Assembly (NCBI RefSeq): GCF_023167465.1
Contig: NZ_AP025698.1
Coordinates: 882,771 to 914,770, forward strand
Origin: Methanothermobacter tenebrarum
GTDB taxonomy: Archaea > Methanobacteriota > Methanobacteria > Methanobacteriales > DSM-23052
Direction of reading: 5' to 3'
Length of the DNA stretch: 32,000 bases
Of the stretch, positions 8,577 to 17,259 are shown piece after piece. Both the position numbers and the translations under genes were made by a program. The notes under the pieces are model-generated. The model was not told where the DNA came from and searched no databases. It worked only from the letters and a program-made list of their open reading frames with translations. Within the stretch, counting starts at the first letter, position 1; every line of letters starts with the position of its first letter.

Positions 8577-9173
8577 TTATAATATTGCGAGTTCTCCGGC
8601 TGATGTTATTTCGAGTTTGTCCTGGGCTATGAATCCCATGTTCCTTAATTCTCGGATGTGGTTGTAGGTCATGCCACGGCTTATCCCAAGCTTCAGGGCT
8701 AAATTCTTTACTGAGGTTTCTCCCTTTTTGAGTTCTTCTAGTACTTTCTTTTTTGTTTTTGATATTCCAAAGCTTAGTATGGGCAAGTCTATTATTTCTC
8801 CTTCTTCTTCTGTTACGTAGGCTATTCTTTGGACGTCATTGTTCCTGGCGTAGCATCCAAATAATACTCCCAGTGCTTGTGTTTTTCTTCCGCCGCTTAT
8901 GTTTACTACGACTTTTCTCCCGTTTGCTCTTTCTTCGTCTATGGTGTCTACCGTGTCCTTAGCTATCTGGACCACATCATAGAGGCTTGTTTCTTTTATC
9001 TTGACCTCTAGGAAGTTTCCTAGCGTGTCCTCTATGATCTTTTGTACTTGTTCTTTTTCTTTAGGTGGTTCTTCTTCCATTATTAATACGACTTTTTTGG
9101 GTGAGAATTGTGTTATGCAAATCATTACAGGTTCTATAGAATATACCGTGGATATTAGGGTTGTTTCCATCAA
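8577..9173 (-). CDS. putative Csa3-like CARF domain + winged-HTH transcriptional regulator
   Basis: The N-terminal ~130 aa form a Rossmann-like domain ([11 protein letters not shown]...KVVLI...[17 protein letters not shown]...IAYV) resembling the CARF/Csa3 N-domain with its GG-containing loop. The C-terminal wHTH is [41 protein letters not shown]. Assignment is from memory of the Csa3 (cas_HTH) architecture. Confidence 0.5.
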   Translation of the reverse strand: MMETTLISTVYSIEPVMICITQFSPKKVVLIMEEEPPKEKEQVQKIIEDTLGNFLEVKIKETSLYDVVQIAKDTVDTIDEERANGRKVVVNISGGRKTQALGVLFGCYARNNDVQRIAYVTEEEGEIIDLPILSFGISKTKKKVLEELKKGETSVKNLALKLGISRGMTYNHIRELRNMGFIAQDKLEITSAGELAIL

Positions 9174-9195
9174 TTACCAACTCCCTACTATTCGG

Positions 9196-9241
9196 CTACC
9201 CCCCTGGGGTGAAGATTCTTATTCTGTGTGGGGGGTTTCCT
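9196..9241 (+). repeat. intergenic G6-hairpin motif, copy B
   Basis: CTACCCC (9196-9202) plus the identical 17-mer at 9225-9241. ACCCCCC/GGGGGGT can pair across a 25-nt loop. It lies in the divergent promoter region between the Csa3-like and ACT-MBL genes. Confidence 0.45.
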
Positions 9242-9358
9242 CCTTTTATTATTATAGGCGGATGGTTATTATATTACTTGCCTTTGTTCAATATTTAAAT
9301 TTATTCCATAATAGAAAGGATTATTTAGATAATTATCAGATCCCAGTGTGGTGGTTTT

Positions 9359-10894
9359 TTGGTGGGTGAGTTTGAGGCTTGGACAAGTGATGATGGTCTC
9401 TTCCTTTATAGGCTACGGGTTTATGTACCTGATAGGCCCGGTTCCCTGGCTAGGATTGCTGGTTATTTCGCAGATCATGGTGTTAACATATCATATTTTT
9501 ATTATAATCGGTCTGAGCATCCTAATCGTGTCATTGTCGAGGGGAAGTCTAGGGTGGATGTTCTCCACTATGATGATCTTGTCCAGGAAGGGTTCTTTAG
9601 GGAGTTATTTGAGGAAAACCTTGAGATCATGAAACTTGATAATATCCTTAAGGTTTCTGTTTATCTTGAGAATAAACCCGGGACCCTGGCAGATTTTGCA
9701 AGGGTACTAGGAGAGTATGGTGTCAACGTCACCTACATGGCCTATAATGAGCTGATATCAGAAAACAAGGCAGAGATGGCATTCTATGTCAAGGACTCCA
9801 AACAGATCCAGGAACTTGCCAGGAAATTAAACGAACTTGGTTATCACTACAATTTAGAGTACACAGGAGCCGATGAGGAGAAAACCAATATGATGATCGG
9901 CTTGAACCTTATTGAAAGGTTCTTTCTCAAACTTAGGGAACTCCTAGATGATGAGGAGGTTAATAAGGTGAAAGAGCTTGTTAACACTTCAAAGAGGCTA
10001 TCCGATACTCTTATTGGTTTTAACCGGGAGGCTGGACGCAACCTGGAAGCCGGCCAAGTCCTCGGGAACATATTAGCCTTCGCAATATCATCCAGAAATC
10101 GCGTCGGTGAAAGATTCCATTATAGGAGGCTGCCCAGCCTGCCACTGGGTAAGGTATTATTACACGTTTTTAAACCCCCCACAGGTGGCAACATATACCT
10201 CCTAGAAGCTGATGAGCTTGTGATGATCGACGGCACCTATGGCATATACTACAACGACGTGAAAAAGATGCTAAAAGAAAATAACATTGACCCCTCACAG
10301 ATAACTAGGATTTATCTCTCGCATGCTGATGCCGATCATGCCGGTCTTAGCGGATACTTCTATGAAGAGTATGGGACAAGGGTTTTCATGCACCCAGAAG
10401 CCAAGGATATCATAAGATTGGAGAATCGTGCAGCAGGCTCGAAAACACCCCTAATGGAACTTAACCATTATTTCACCATCCTCGTAAATCATTTTACAGA
10501 GTGCAAATTCCCCAAGGATTGGCAACCATACAAAACAAAAAAGAAGGCGAAGATAGGGGCATTCCCTACAATAGACCAGTTTAGTGTTGGTGATTTGGAG
10601 TTTAAGGTTTTGGAGAGTCTCGGGGGTCACGTGCCAGGGCAGGTATTCTTCCTATCAGAAGAAGCGGGGGTACTATTCAGTGGTGATTATCTACTCTATG
10701 TGCCAAGCTTGGGAGATGAGGAGAAAAAATTCCTAAACATTCCAAGGTTTCTTATGACAAGTACCAACGCAAATTCAATGCTATTCAAAGAAGAAATGGA
10801 GGCATTAAAAGAGGTTGGTGAGGGGATTGATAGGAATGGTTTGATTGTGTTACCGGGGCATGGTGATTACTATCCCATAAGACTGATCCTATAG
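9359..10894 (+). CDS. tandem ACT domain + metallo-beta-lactamase-fold hydrolase (511 aa)
   Basis: Two ACT-like repeats (YVPDRPGSLARIAGYFADHGVNISYFYY and YLENKPGTLADFARVLGEYGVNVTYMAY). The C-terminal MBL fold has LVMIDGTYG, the metal motif SHADADHAG (10322-10339) and a late GHGD. TTG start. Confidence 0.75.
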   Translation: MVGEFEAWTSDDGLFLYRLRVYVPDRPGSLARIAGYFADHGVNISYFYYNRSEHPNRVIVEGKSRVDVLHYDDLVQEGFFRELFEENLEIMKLDNILKVSVYLENKPGTLADFARVLGEYGVNVTYMAYNELISENKAEMAFYVKDSKQIQELARKLNELGYHYNLEYTGADEEKTNMMIGLNLIERFFLKLRELLDDEEVNKVKELVNTSKRLSDTLIGFNREAGRNLEAGQVLGNILAFAISSRNRVGERFHYRRLPSLPLGKVLLHVFKPPTGGNIYLLEADELVMIDGTYGIYYNDVKKMLKENNIDPSQITRIYLSHADADHAGLSGYFYEEYGTRVFMHPEAKDIIRLENRAAGSKTPLMELNHYFTILVNHFTECKFPKDWQPYKTKKKAKIGAFPTIDQFSVGDLEFKVLESLGGHVPGQVFFLSEEAGVLFSGDYLLYVPSLGDEEKKFLNIPRFLMTSTNANSMLFKEEMEALKEVGEGIDRNGLIVLPGHGDYYPIRLIL

Positions 10895-10950
10895 ACAACA
10901 CCCATATCCTGAAGGGGGTTACTATCCTCCATAAGCCTATAGTGGAGGGT

Positions 10951-11280
10951 CTATTCTTTTTTGGACCAGCCTGCTTCTTCCATGGCCTTTAATGCTATTC
11001 TAGTGCTTGGGTCGTCGCCCCTTGCAACGCTTATCCCAACCTTTTCCCCTGTAGCTTCTATTATCTTGCCTATTGTTTTGTGTGTGAATCCTGGGCATAA
11101 GATTATGGAGTGGATTCCATCCCGGGCAAGTTCCTCACAAACTTCTAGTGCCTGGTTGTCATCTTTTACTAGGATACTTGTAAGTTCATATAGGCTTGTT
11201 TCAATTTTGCACCTGTCCTTTTTTGGGTTTGCATCTGGTACGTGTGCTATGAATGCTGTCCTAAATTTTTTGGTAGTCAT
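10951..11280 (-). CDS. conserved hypothetical alpha/beta protein (~109 aa from ATG 11280)
   Basis: The ORF track extends to 11340, but the ATG at 11280 (MTTKKFRTAFIAHVP...) lies 23-35 nt downstream of an AT-rich TATA-like box (about 11303-11315), so the mRNA is probably leaderless. No motif assigned with confidence. Confidence 0.55.
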   Translation of the reverse strand: MTTKKFRTAFIAHVPDANPKKDRCKIETSLYELTSILVKDDNQALEVCEELARDGIHSIILCPGFTHKTIGKIIEATGEKVGISVARGDDPSTRIALKAMEEAGWSKKE

Positions 11281-11325
11281 AAATATAAGATAGGATAGAA
11301 TAGTAATATATAATTTCTGGGGGTT

Positions 11326-11511
11326 TTGTTGTTGATACATTATAGGTTGGATGCGCCTGATAGGGTTAAGTGTTCAGTTTGTGGTGGCGTGGCTGTTGAG
11401 GTTGAGGAGGAGTATGCTGAGGGCGATTTTGTTGTGATAACCTATAAGTGTGGGGATTGTGGACATATAGAAAAGAGGCAGTATGGTAAGCCTACCAGCA
11501 TAATCGATTAA
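11326..11511 (+). CDS. small zinc-ribbon protein (about 58-61 aa)
   Basis: Two CxxC pairs (CSVCGG ... CGDCGH) about 25 aa apart. GGGGG SD just upstream of three consecutive in-frame TTG codons, so the exact start is uncertain. Confidence 0.55.
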   Translation: MLLIHYRLDAPDRVKCSVCGGVAVEVEEEYAEGDFVVITYKCGDCGHIEKRQYGKPTSIID

Positions 11512-11571
11512 CTTCGTTATAGATAGATAAAACGAACAAAATTAGACATATACTATAGGGAGGGGATAATC

Positions 11572-12243
11572 ATGAAAACAGAATATAAGACCATCTCCAA
11601 GAAAATAAAAGACAAACTAGGACTTGAAAGGTCCCCAGTAGCTGTTGAACTGGTACTCCGCGAGGAAAACCTGCCCAATGGCATTGAGAGGATAAGCGAA
11701 CCGGCAAGACACTGTGAAATGGTAATGAGAGCAAGCAGAGGTGAAACCTTCTACGCACTCGCAGAAGACCAGGAATGCAAAGGAGGAGCAGGTGCCATCG
11801 GAGCCACAGAAATGCCAGAAAAAGTAAAAACCGGAGAATTTTATTATGAGTTGGGCAGATTTTCAAGCTTCCCAGCCGCCAAAAGAACATTAGACCTGAT
11901 CCCAAAGATAGACCTCAAATTCCATGCCGTAGTCTACGCGCCACTAGAAAAGGTAGAATTCGACCCCGATGTTATATTAGTAGTCTGTAACCCAGCCCAA
12001 GCCCTCAAACTAGTCCAAGCCCTAGTCTACACCAAAGGTGGTAGAGTCAAGGGAGACTTTGCAGGTATACAATCAATCTGCGCAGATGCTGTCGCAGGAC
12101 CATACATGCGAGGCGAAGCCAACATAACCCTAGCTTGCAGCGGATCAAGACAATACTCAGATATAAGAGAAGATGAACTTATAGTCGGTTTAACAGCTGA
12201 AAACATAGACTGTATAATAGAAGCACTCGAAGAAATAGCATAA
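11572..12243 (+). CDS. DUF169 domain protein
   Basis: GGGAGGGG SD upstream of the ATG. ARHCEMVMRASRGETFYA...ECKGGAGAIG and a late ICADAVAGPY...ACSGSR match my memory of the DUF169 family. Confidence 0.7.
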   Translation: MKTEYKTISKKIKDKLGLERSPVAVELVLREENLPNGIERISEPARHCEMVMRASRGETFYALAEDQECKGGAGAIGATEMPEKVKTGEFYYELGRFSSFPAAKRTLDLIPKIDLKFHAVVYAPLEKVEFDPDVILVVCNPAQALKLVQALVYTKGGRVKGDFAGIQSICADAVAGPYMRGEANITLACSGSRQYSDIREDELIVGLTAENIDCIIEALEEIA

Positions 12244-12252
12244 AGGAGGGGG

Positions 12253-12462
12253 ATGTTCTTGGTTAAAGTAACAGAAATACTGGATGAGGCACACGACTTG
12301 GCCGAAAAGATAAAAAAGTACCGGAGCGAAGCCGAAAGCGAGATCATAGCATGTTGGGTCTATGATGTCATACTCACAATGGAAAAATTGGCCAAGATCG
12401 TTGAAGAACTACAAGATAGAGTAGATTTACTCGAAGAGGAACTAGAAGGTAAAAAATTCTAG
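12253..12462 (+). CDS. hypothetical small coiled-coil protein (69 aa)
   Basis: GGAGGGGG SD directly upstream, 10 nt after the DUF169 stop. Acidic helical sequence with no recognised family. Confidence 0.45.
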   Translation: MFLVKVTEILDEAHDLAEKIKKYRSEAESEIIACWVYDVILTMEKLAKIVEELQDRVDLLEEELEGKKF

Positions 12463-13091
12463 TTCCCAAATTTTATCTTTAGATAATCATCAAAGGTATT
12501 CAAGTTAATAAGTTCTATCTCATCTACAGGTCTTATAGCATACAAGCCTATACCATCTTCTACTAACCGCCAGAGTAATGGGTTGATATTACCCTTATAT
12601 GATGGCAGATACTCTAACAGGAGTTTCCTGGGGGCTGCGAATGGCATCCCAAGACCCCTCGGATTGTCTAAGCGGCCAAAGGACCCCCTCCCAAGGATCG
12701 ACACAGTATTATCTTCCAAGGCCTTGATTATCCTCTTGTAAGTTCTGGATGTGATTGTTGGCTGGTCTCCGGCAACGCAAAGACAAAAACGGCCCCTAGC
12801 ATTCTCCACACCATTTAATAATGAACCTGTCAATGGTAGATCATCTTGATTCTCCACAATTTTAACATCTAAGCTACTGATTACAGGGATTATATTATCC
12901 TTCTGGTGTCCAACAACGACAATACACTCATCCACACCAGCCTCTAGAACATTACTTATGGTCTTTTCTATCACTGTCCTATCGTCTAATTTGAGCAGTA
13001 ATTTATGTTTTGGTTTTAGGCCTCTTTTTTTCATGTCGGCCTTCATCCTTTCCCCTTTACCGGCTGCTGTTATAATCCCTGATACTCTCAT
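12459..13091 (-). CDS. MobA-like nucleotidyltransferase (NTP_transf_3 family)
   Basis: N-terminal GIITAAGKGERM (the GxxxAAGxSxRM-type NTP-binding loop), HKLLLKLDDRTVIEK, IVVVGH, and VAGDQP (the metal/NTP motif of MobA/MocA-type enzymes). It is the last gene of the minus-strand block, 7 nt after the preceding stop. Confidence 0.75.
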   Translation of the reverse strand: MRVSGIITAAGKGERMKADMKKRGLKPKHKLLLKLDDRTVIEKTISNVLEAGVDECIVVVGHQKDNIIPVISSLDVKIVENQDDLPLTGSLLNGVENARGRFCLCVAGDQPTITSRTYKRIIKALEDNTVSILGRGSFGRLDNPRGLGMPFAAPRKLLLEYLPSYKGNINPLLWRLVEDGIGLYAIRPVDEIELINLNTFDDYLKIKFGN

Positions 13092-13098
13092 GGTCTTT

Positions 13099-14274
13099 TC
13101 ACATTGGTACTAGTCTGAGGATCTTGGCATGTATCACCATGCTTGGACCCGAACCTCTGGTCCACATGATTATCATTATAGGATATTTACCGTCATTGTA
13201 TACTTTAACGTCTGTGGCTGGGTCGAAGCCATATATGAGTGCGAAGTATCCCCAGCTCATACCTGTGGGTGTGGGCAATCCTGCTTGTGCAACAGCATCC
13301 CTGAGGGCTCTTGCCGGTGGACACGTACCATGTGAAGCATAACCTCCAGGAGCCTTCGGGTCCCTGGATGAGGTGAACTGGACTGTATCTTTTCCGGGCG
13401 AACTCGTCCCGGGGGGTACTATAGTACCATTCCAGGCTTTTACGAATTCTTTTGCATTGTATTCCCTGGCTATATCATCATATTCGGGGTATGATTCAAG
13501 TTGGCTTGTGGCTTCTGCAACCTCCTCCACCCTATAATGGTGCATGTAGGCCATGATAGGGGCGCCCTCAGGGTATTCTTCCATGTACTTTTTTGTCCTT
13601 TCACCGAAGAACCTGGTTATGTCCTCTGGTGGTACTTCCAATCTCCCATCACTGAAATTAGACAGTGAAAAGTCTATAGCTATCCTATCACCCACCTTCG
13701 CTTCCTTATACCATTTTTCAAGTTCTGTTGCGTTTATATAATCAGAGGCCACATTACCTATCTCTTTAGGTGATAATCTCTTTATTGTCTTATTCTTCTC
13801 TACTATGACTATACCATCCTCTGTCTTAACCGCGTAAGTGTAGGGTGTCTTGTAAGCCCATATGAAGTTTGCTGGTGGTTGTACGACTAGTTTATCTCCT
13901 TTTATTGTTAGCATCCCTGGACCCTCAAATTCTGAGGCTCTCCCACCTGGCCCAACACCCTCTGTAATGTCCTTGATTGGTGTCATCATAGTCCCAGTAA
14001 GTAGGCCGTAGATGACCGCACCTATATCCCCGTCTTGTATGTTCTTTATCAGATAGTCTGGGTGTATGATCAGTGGTTCCTTCCTTATCCTTGCAGGGTC
14101 TGCTACTTGCATCTCAGCCACTACAGTACTCCCTATGGGTATCTTGCTTATCTCCTCAGGATCCTGTGGCGATGTCCTAGTGTGTAGATAATAGTCTAGT
14201 GGGGACATCACAACAACTATTAATATCAATAGGATTATCATGGTCCTAGGATCCCTTGAGGATGTCCTTAGCAT
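13099..14274 (-). CDS. membrane-anchored extracytoplasmic protein with VanW-like Cys-containing C-terminal domain
   Basis: N-terminal TM anchor MIILLILIVVVM; the likely start is ATG 14241, 4 nt after the upstream stop. The C-terminus PGGYASHGTCPPARALRDAVAQAGLP...YGFDPATDVKVYNDGKYPIMIIMW resembles the VanW-domain consensus as I remember it (GGGvCQvsTtLYnAal.aGL ... D.kF.Nd..yPilI). The single candidate catalytic Cys is Cys318 (codon 13321-13323). Confidence 0.6.
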   Translation of the reverse strand: MLRTSSRDPRTMIILLILIVVVMSPLDYYLHTRTSPQDPEEISKIPIGSTVVAEMQVADPARIRKEPLIIHPDYLIKNIQDGDIGAVIYGLLTGTMMTPIKDITEGVGPGGRASEFEGPGMLTIKGDKLVVQPPANFIWAYKTPYTYAVKTEDGIVIVEKNKTIKRLSPKEIGNVASDYINATELEKWYKEAKVGDRIAIDFSLSNFSDGRLEVPPEDITRFFGERTKKYMEEYPEGAPIMAYMHHYRVEEVAEATSQLESYPEYDDIAREYNAKEFVKAWNGTIVPPGTSSPGKDTVQFTSSRDPKAPGGYASHGTCPPARALRDAVAQAGLPTPTGMSWGYFALIYGFDPATDVKVYNDGKYPIMIIMWTRGSGPSMVIHAKILRLVPM

Positions 14275-15712
14275 ATTTATAGCCTCCTTCTCCTATTATT
14301 AGGATGGTATCATCTTCTTCTGCATATTCTAGGGCTTTTTGGATGGCCTCCTCTACTTGTCTCCTGCTGGCTCCTAATGTTCCCTGTTTTATTTTTTCCC
14401 TACTAGACCTTATATGTATGATTTTTGCCCTTGTATGTTCTGATGCCTTCCTTGCATTATATGATGCTGGTATTATGATGTCTGCATTTGAGAGTATCCT
14501 TGCTATCTCCCTGTCACCTTCTATTCCACTCTCAGAGGCTATTGTATTAACTACTATGATTCTCCCGGGGGTTTCTTCCTTTACAAGTTGCATTATAGCC
14601 CTGACACCAGCCGGGTTATGGGCATAATCTAGGATTATCCGCGGCTCTTCCTTTATTATCTCATGTCTCCCAGCAGCCCCCTTGAAGGAGTTTATACCCC
14701 TGATAATATCATCAGGGTCGATGCCAAGGGTTAGGCTCGCGGCAGCGGCCGCAAGACTGTTATAGACATTGAAAAGGCCGCCTGTCTTGAGTTTTATTGT
14801 CTCCTCTGCTATGTTTAATTTGAACTTGTCCTTTTCCACTTGGGTGGCTTTAACTTCCAACTCTGGCCTCCTATAACCGCATGTACAATAATAGTCTCCA
14901 AGGTGGCCTAGGAACCTCCTCTTATATTTTAGGGTTTTGTTACAGTATGGACATTCCCGGTTTTCTGGGAATACTTCAAAGTGGGATTTGAGGGATTCTA
15001 TACCATAGAATGTTATTCTGTCCCCGGGGAGGTTTTTGGCGAAACTTGCTACTATGGGGTCATCAGCGTTTAATATGATGTGCTGGGCGACGTCTATGAT
15101 CTCTTTTTTACATTCTATGTATTTTGGGAAATCTTCTGGTGGCAGATGATCCCTTGAAATGTTTGTTATAATAGCTATTTTGACTTTGCTGTCTGTGGCT
15201 GCCCCTTTTATTTCACCTGGTTTTCCGAATGTTCCTATCTCGACTACTGCTATGTCACCTTCTAGTCTTGCCTGTAGAGCTGGTATGAATTCTGTGTTTC
15301 CTTGGATGTTAAGATGATGTTCAGGGACCCTATACCCTGCAACTCTTAGTATGTTTTTTAGGATTTGTGTTGTGGTGGTTTTGCCGTTGGTTCCTGTGAC
15401 GCCCACGACCGGTTTTTTAACCTTGCAGGAGGCTATGATGTCCTGGACTGTTATGATCTTTTTGCCTTTTATGAGTTGGAGTATCCTCTCATTTTCTAGT
15501 AGACTTGGTGCTACCGCTATCTTATCAGCTTCTTTTATTATCTTGGGATTGTGGCCTCCAAGGTCTAATTTGATACCCTCTGCTTGGAAGATTCCGCGTA
15601 GGGGTGTTTGCTTGCGGATGTCTGATACTGTCACGGCATACTCTTTTGCTAGTATTCTGGCCATTAGGCTTCCTACCGTCCCACACCCCCCGAGTACTAC
15701 TATCTTCTCCAT
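14246..15712 (-). CDS. Mur-family ATP-dependent peptide ligase (pseudomurein-type, MurT-like Cys4 insertion)
   Basis: MurD-like Rossmann N-terminus IVVLGGCGTVG, P-loop GVTGTNGKTTTTQIL, TNISRDHL and DYAHNPAGV. A Cys4 ribbon CPYC...CTC (Cys254/257/276/278; 14879-14953) sits in the central domain. The start overlaps the upstream stop by 1 nt (15712). Confidence 0.85.
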   Translation of the reverse strand: MEKIVVLGGCGTVGSLMARILAKEYAVTVSDIRKQTPLRGIFQAEGIKLDLGGHNPKIIKEADKIAVAPSLLENERILQLIKGKKIITVQDIIASCKVKKPVVGVTGTNGKTTTTQILKNILRVAGYRVPEHHLNIQGNTEFIPALQARLEGDIAVVEIGTFGKPGEIKGAATDSKVKIAIITNISRDHLPPEDFPKYIECKKEIIDVAQHIILNADDPIVASFAKNLPGDRITFYGIESLKSHFEVFPENRECPYCNKTLKYKRRFLGHLGDYYCTCGYRRPELEVKATQVEKDKFKLNIAEETIKLKTGGLFNVYNSLAAAAASLTLGIDPDDIIRGINSFKGAAGRHEIIKEEPRIILDYAHNPAGVRAIMQLVKEETPGRIIVVNTIASESGIEGDREIARILSNADIIIPASYNARKASEHTRAKIIHIRSSREKIKQGTLGASRRQVEEAIQKALEYAEEDDTILIIGEGGYKYAKDILKGS

Positions 15713-17259
15713 TATCGGTTCTCCTTGTAATCTTCTATAGCCCTTTTTATGTCCATTTTAACGTTCTTGTAGGCGTTAACAACCCCCGGGCCCATGTGGA
15801 TTATCGTATCCCCTTCCTCGGATTCTTCCAGGGCTTTTTTGATGGATTTGTAGACGTTTTCTACTATTATAGTCTTTGTGGGGTTCGCCCCCTCTGCTAC
15901 TTCCCCGGCCGCCTTCCAGTCTATTTCTTCTGTTGTTTCATTCTTGGCGCTTACAATGAGCAGATCAGCCGCCCTTGCAAGTGTTTTACCTATCTTGAAT
16001 TTATCCCTCACCGTTAATGTGTCGGGGTTGTCAAGGCTTATTATAAGCCTGCCATCAAATCCCAAGCCCTCGAATAACTTCTCCATACTCTCAGGGTTGT
16101 GGGCGGCGTCCATATAAACTTTAACACCATCAACTTCGTCTATGACCTCGAAACGTCCCCTTATACCCTTGAACTCGCCTATCCGCTCCTTTAGATAATC
16201 CATGTCAAAGCCTAGTATGAGTCCTGTTGTAATGGCCGCTAGTGCATTCTCCACATTGAATATCCCAGGAACCTGTAAGCTGACCCTTTCCTTGTATGGT
16301 CCAACATATACACGTTTAAAATCTCCACATTCACATTCTATGCTTTTACATTTTTCACATATGAGTGTGGGTATTCTCCCGGTTGTGAAGGTGAACTCTG
16401 ACCCCATCAGACCCTTTAATTTGATTTTCTCGGCTTTAACATCAGCTGGTATGGGTTTTGTCACATAGCTTCTACCATGGAATTCAACCCGCCTTTCTCT
16501 GCCAATGCTATAGATTATATGAGGTGATCCTATCTCATCTGTGAATGTGTTTATTATAGGATCGTCCCCATTGAGTATGAGCAAGCCCCTCTCCTTGATA
16601 AGATCCTTGATAAGGAGGTTTCGCCTTATATAATCATCATAGTCCCTGAACTCATCAAGGTGATCTGGAGTGAGCGTGGTTATGATACCAGCACATAATT
16701 CTAGGCCCTGCGTCATCCTTATGGTACCATGAGGCAGTTCAAAAACTGCAAATTCGCCCTCACCCAATCTACCCTCCACCAGCAAATCAACTAAACCTTC
16801 AATGACAAGTGAATCCTCCAATGATGAAAAAGAGATTGTAGGGTGTTTCCCTTCTATGATATGTTTTATCATGTTTGTGGTTGTGGTTTTACCATCTGTG
16901 CCAGCCACCCCAACCATTGGGATGTTAATAAAAGAGTTGAGCATACTCCCAATCATAGAAGGCGTTATATATTCAATCTCCCTATTTTTTACTAATCTAT
17001 AGATTATTGAATTTTTTGGGATGTTAGGTGAGATGAAGATGGCCTCAGCCCATTCTATCTCCCGGGGATGATGCCCCCCAAAATGGAACCTTATACCATC
17101 CTCGCGCATCCTTTCTATCCTCTTTCTGGCCTTTGAGGGTAATTCCTCGAATTCTTTGATTTCTGTGACTAGCACTTCATTGCCAAGGTGATGTAATAGT
17201 TTTGCAGCGGGCCTGCCAGCATTCCCCGCACCAACCACTAGTATTCTCTTATTCTTCAT
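15712..17259 (-). CDS. Mur-family ATP-dependent peptide ligase (pseudomurein-type)
   Basis: Rossmann ILVVGAGNAGRPAA, P-loop GVAGTDGKTTTTNMI, TTLTPDHLDEF and DAAHNPESM. Cys cluster CEKCKSIECEC (Cys301/304/309/311; 16327-16359). 4-nt ATGA overlap with the upstream gene at 17256-17259. Confidence 0.85.
   Translation of the reverse strand: MKNKRILVVGAGNAGRPAAKLLHHLGNEVLVTEIKEFEELPSKARKRIERMREDGIRFHFGGHHPREIEWAEAIFISPNIPKNSIIYRLVKNREIEYITPSMIGSMLNSFINIPMVGVAGTDGKTTTTNMIKHIIEGKHPTISFSSLEDSLVIEGLVDLLVEGRLGEGEFAVFELPHGTIRMTQGLELCAGIITTLTPDHLDEFRDYDDYIRRNLLIKDLIKERGLLILNGDDPIINTFTDEIGSPHIIYSIGRERRVEFHGRSYVTKPIPADVKAEKIKLKGLMGSEFTFTTGRIPTLICEKCKSIECECGDFKRVYVGPYKERVSLQVPGIFNVENALAAITTGLILGFDMDYLKERIGEFKGIRGRFEVIDEVDGVKVYMDAAHNPESMEKLFEGLGFDGRLIISLDNPDTLTVRDKFKIGKTLARAADLLIVSAKNETTEEIDWKAAGEVAEGANPTKTIIVENVYKSIKKALEESEEGDTIIHMGPGVVNAYKNVKMDIKRAIEDYKENR

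Noticed and set aside
9348-9632. 94-aa ORF in an alternative frame at the start of the ACT-MBL gene
   Set aside because: It is hydrophobic and fully nested in the better-supported 511-aa frame, which carries ACT and MBL motifs.
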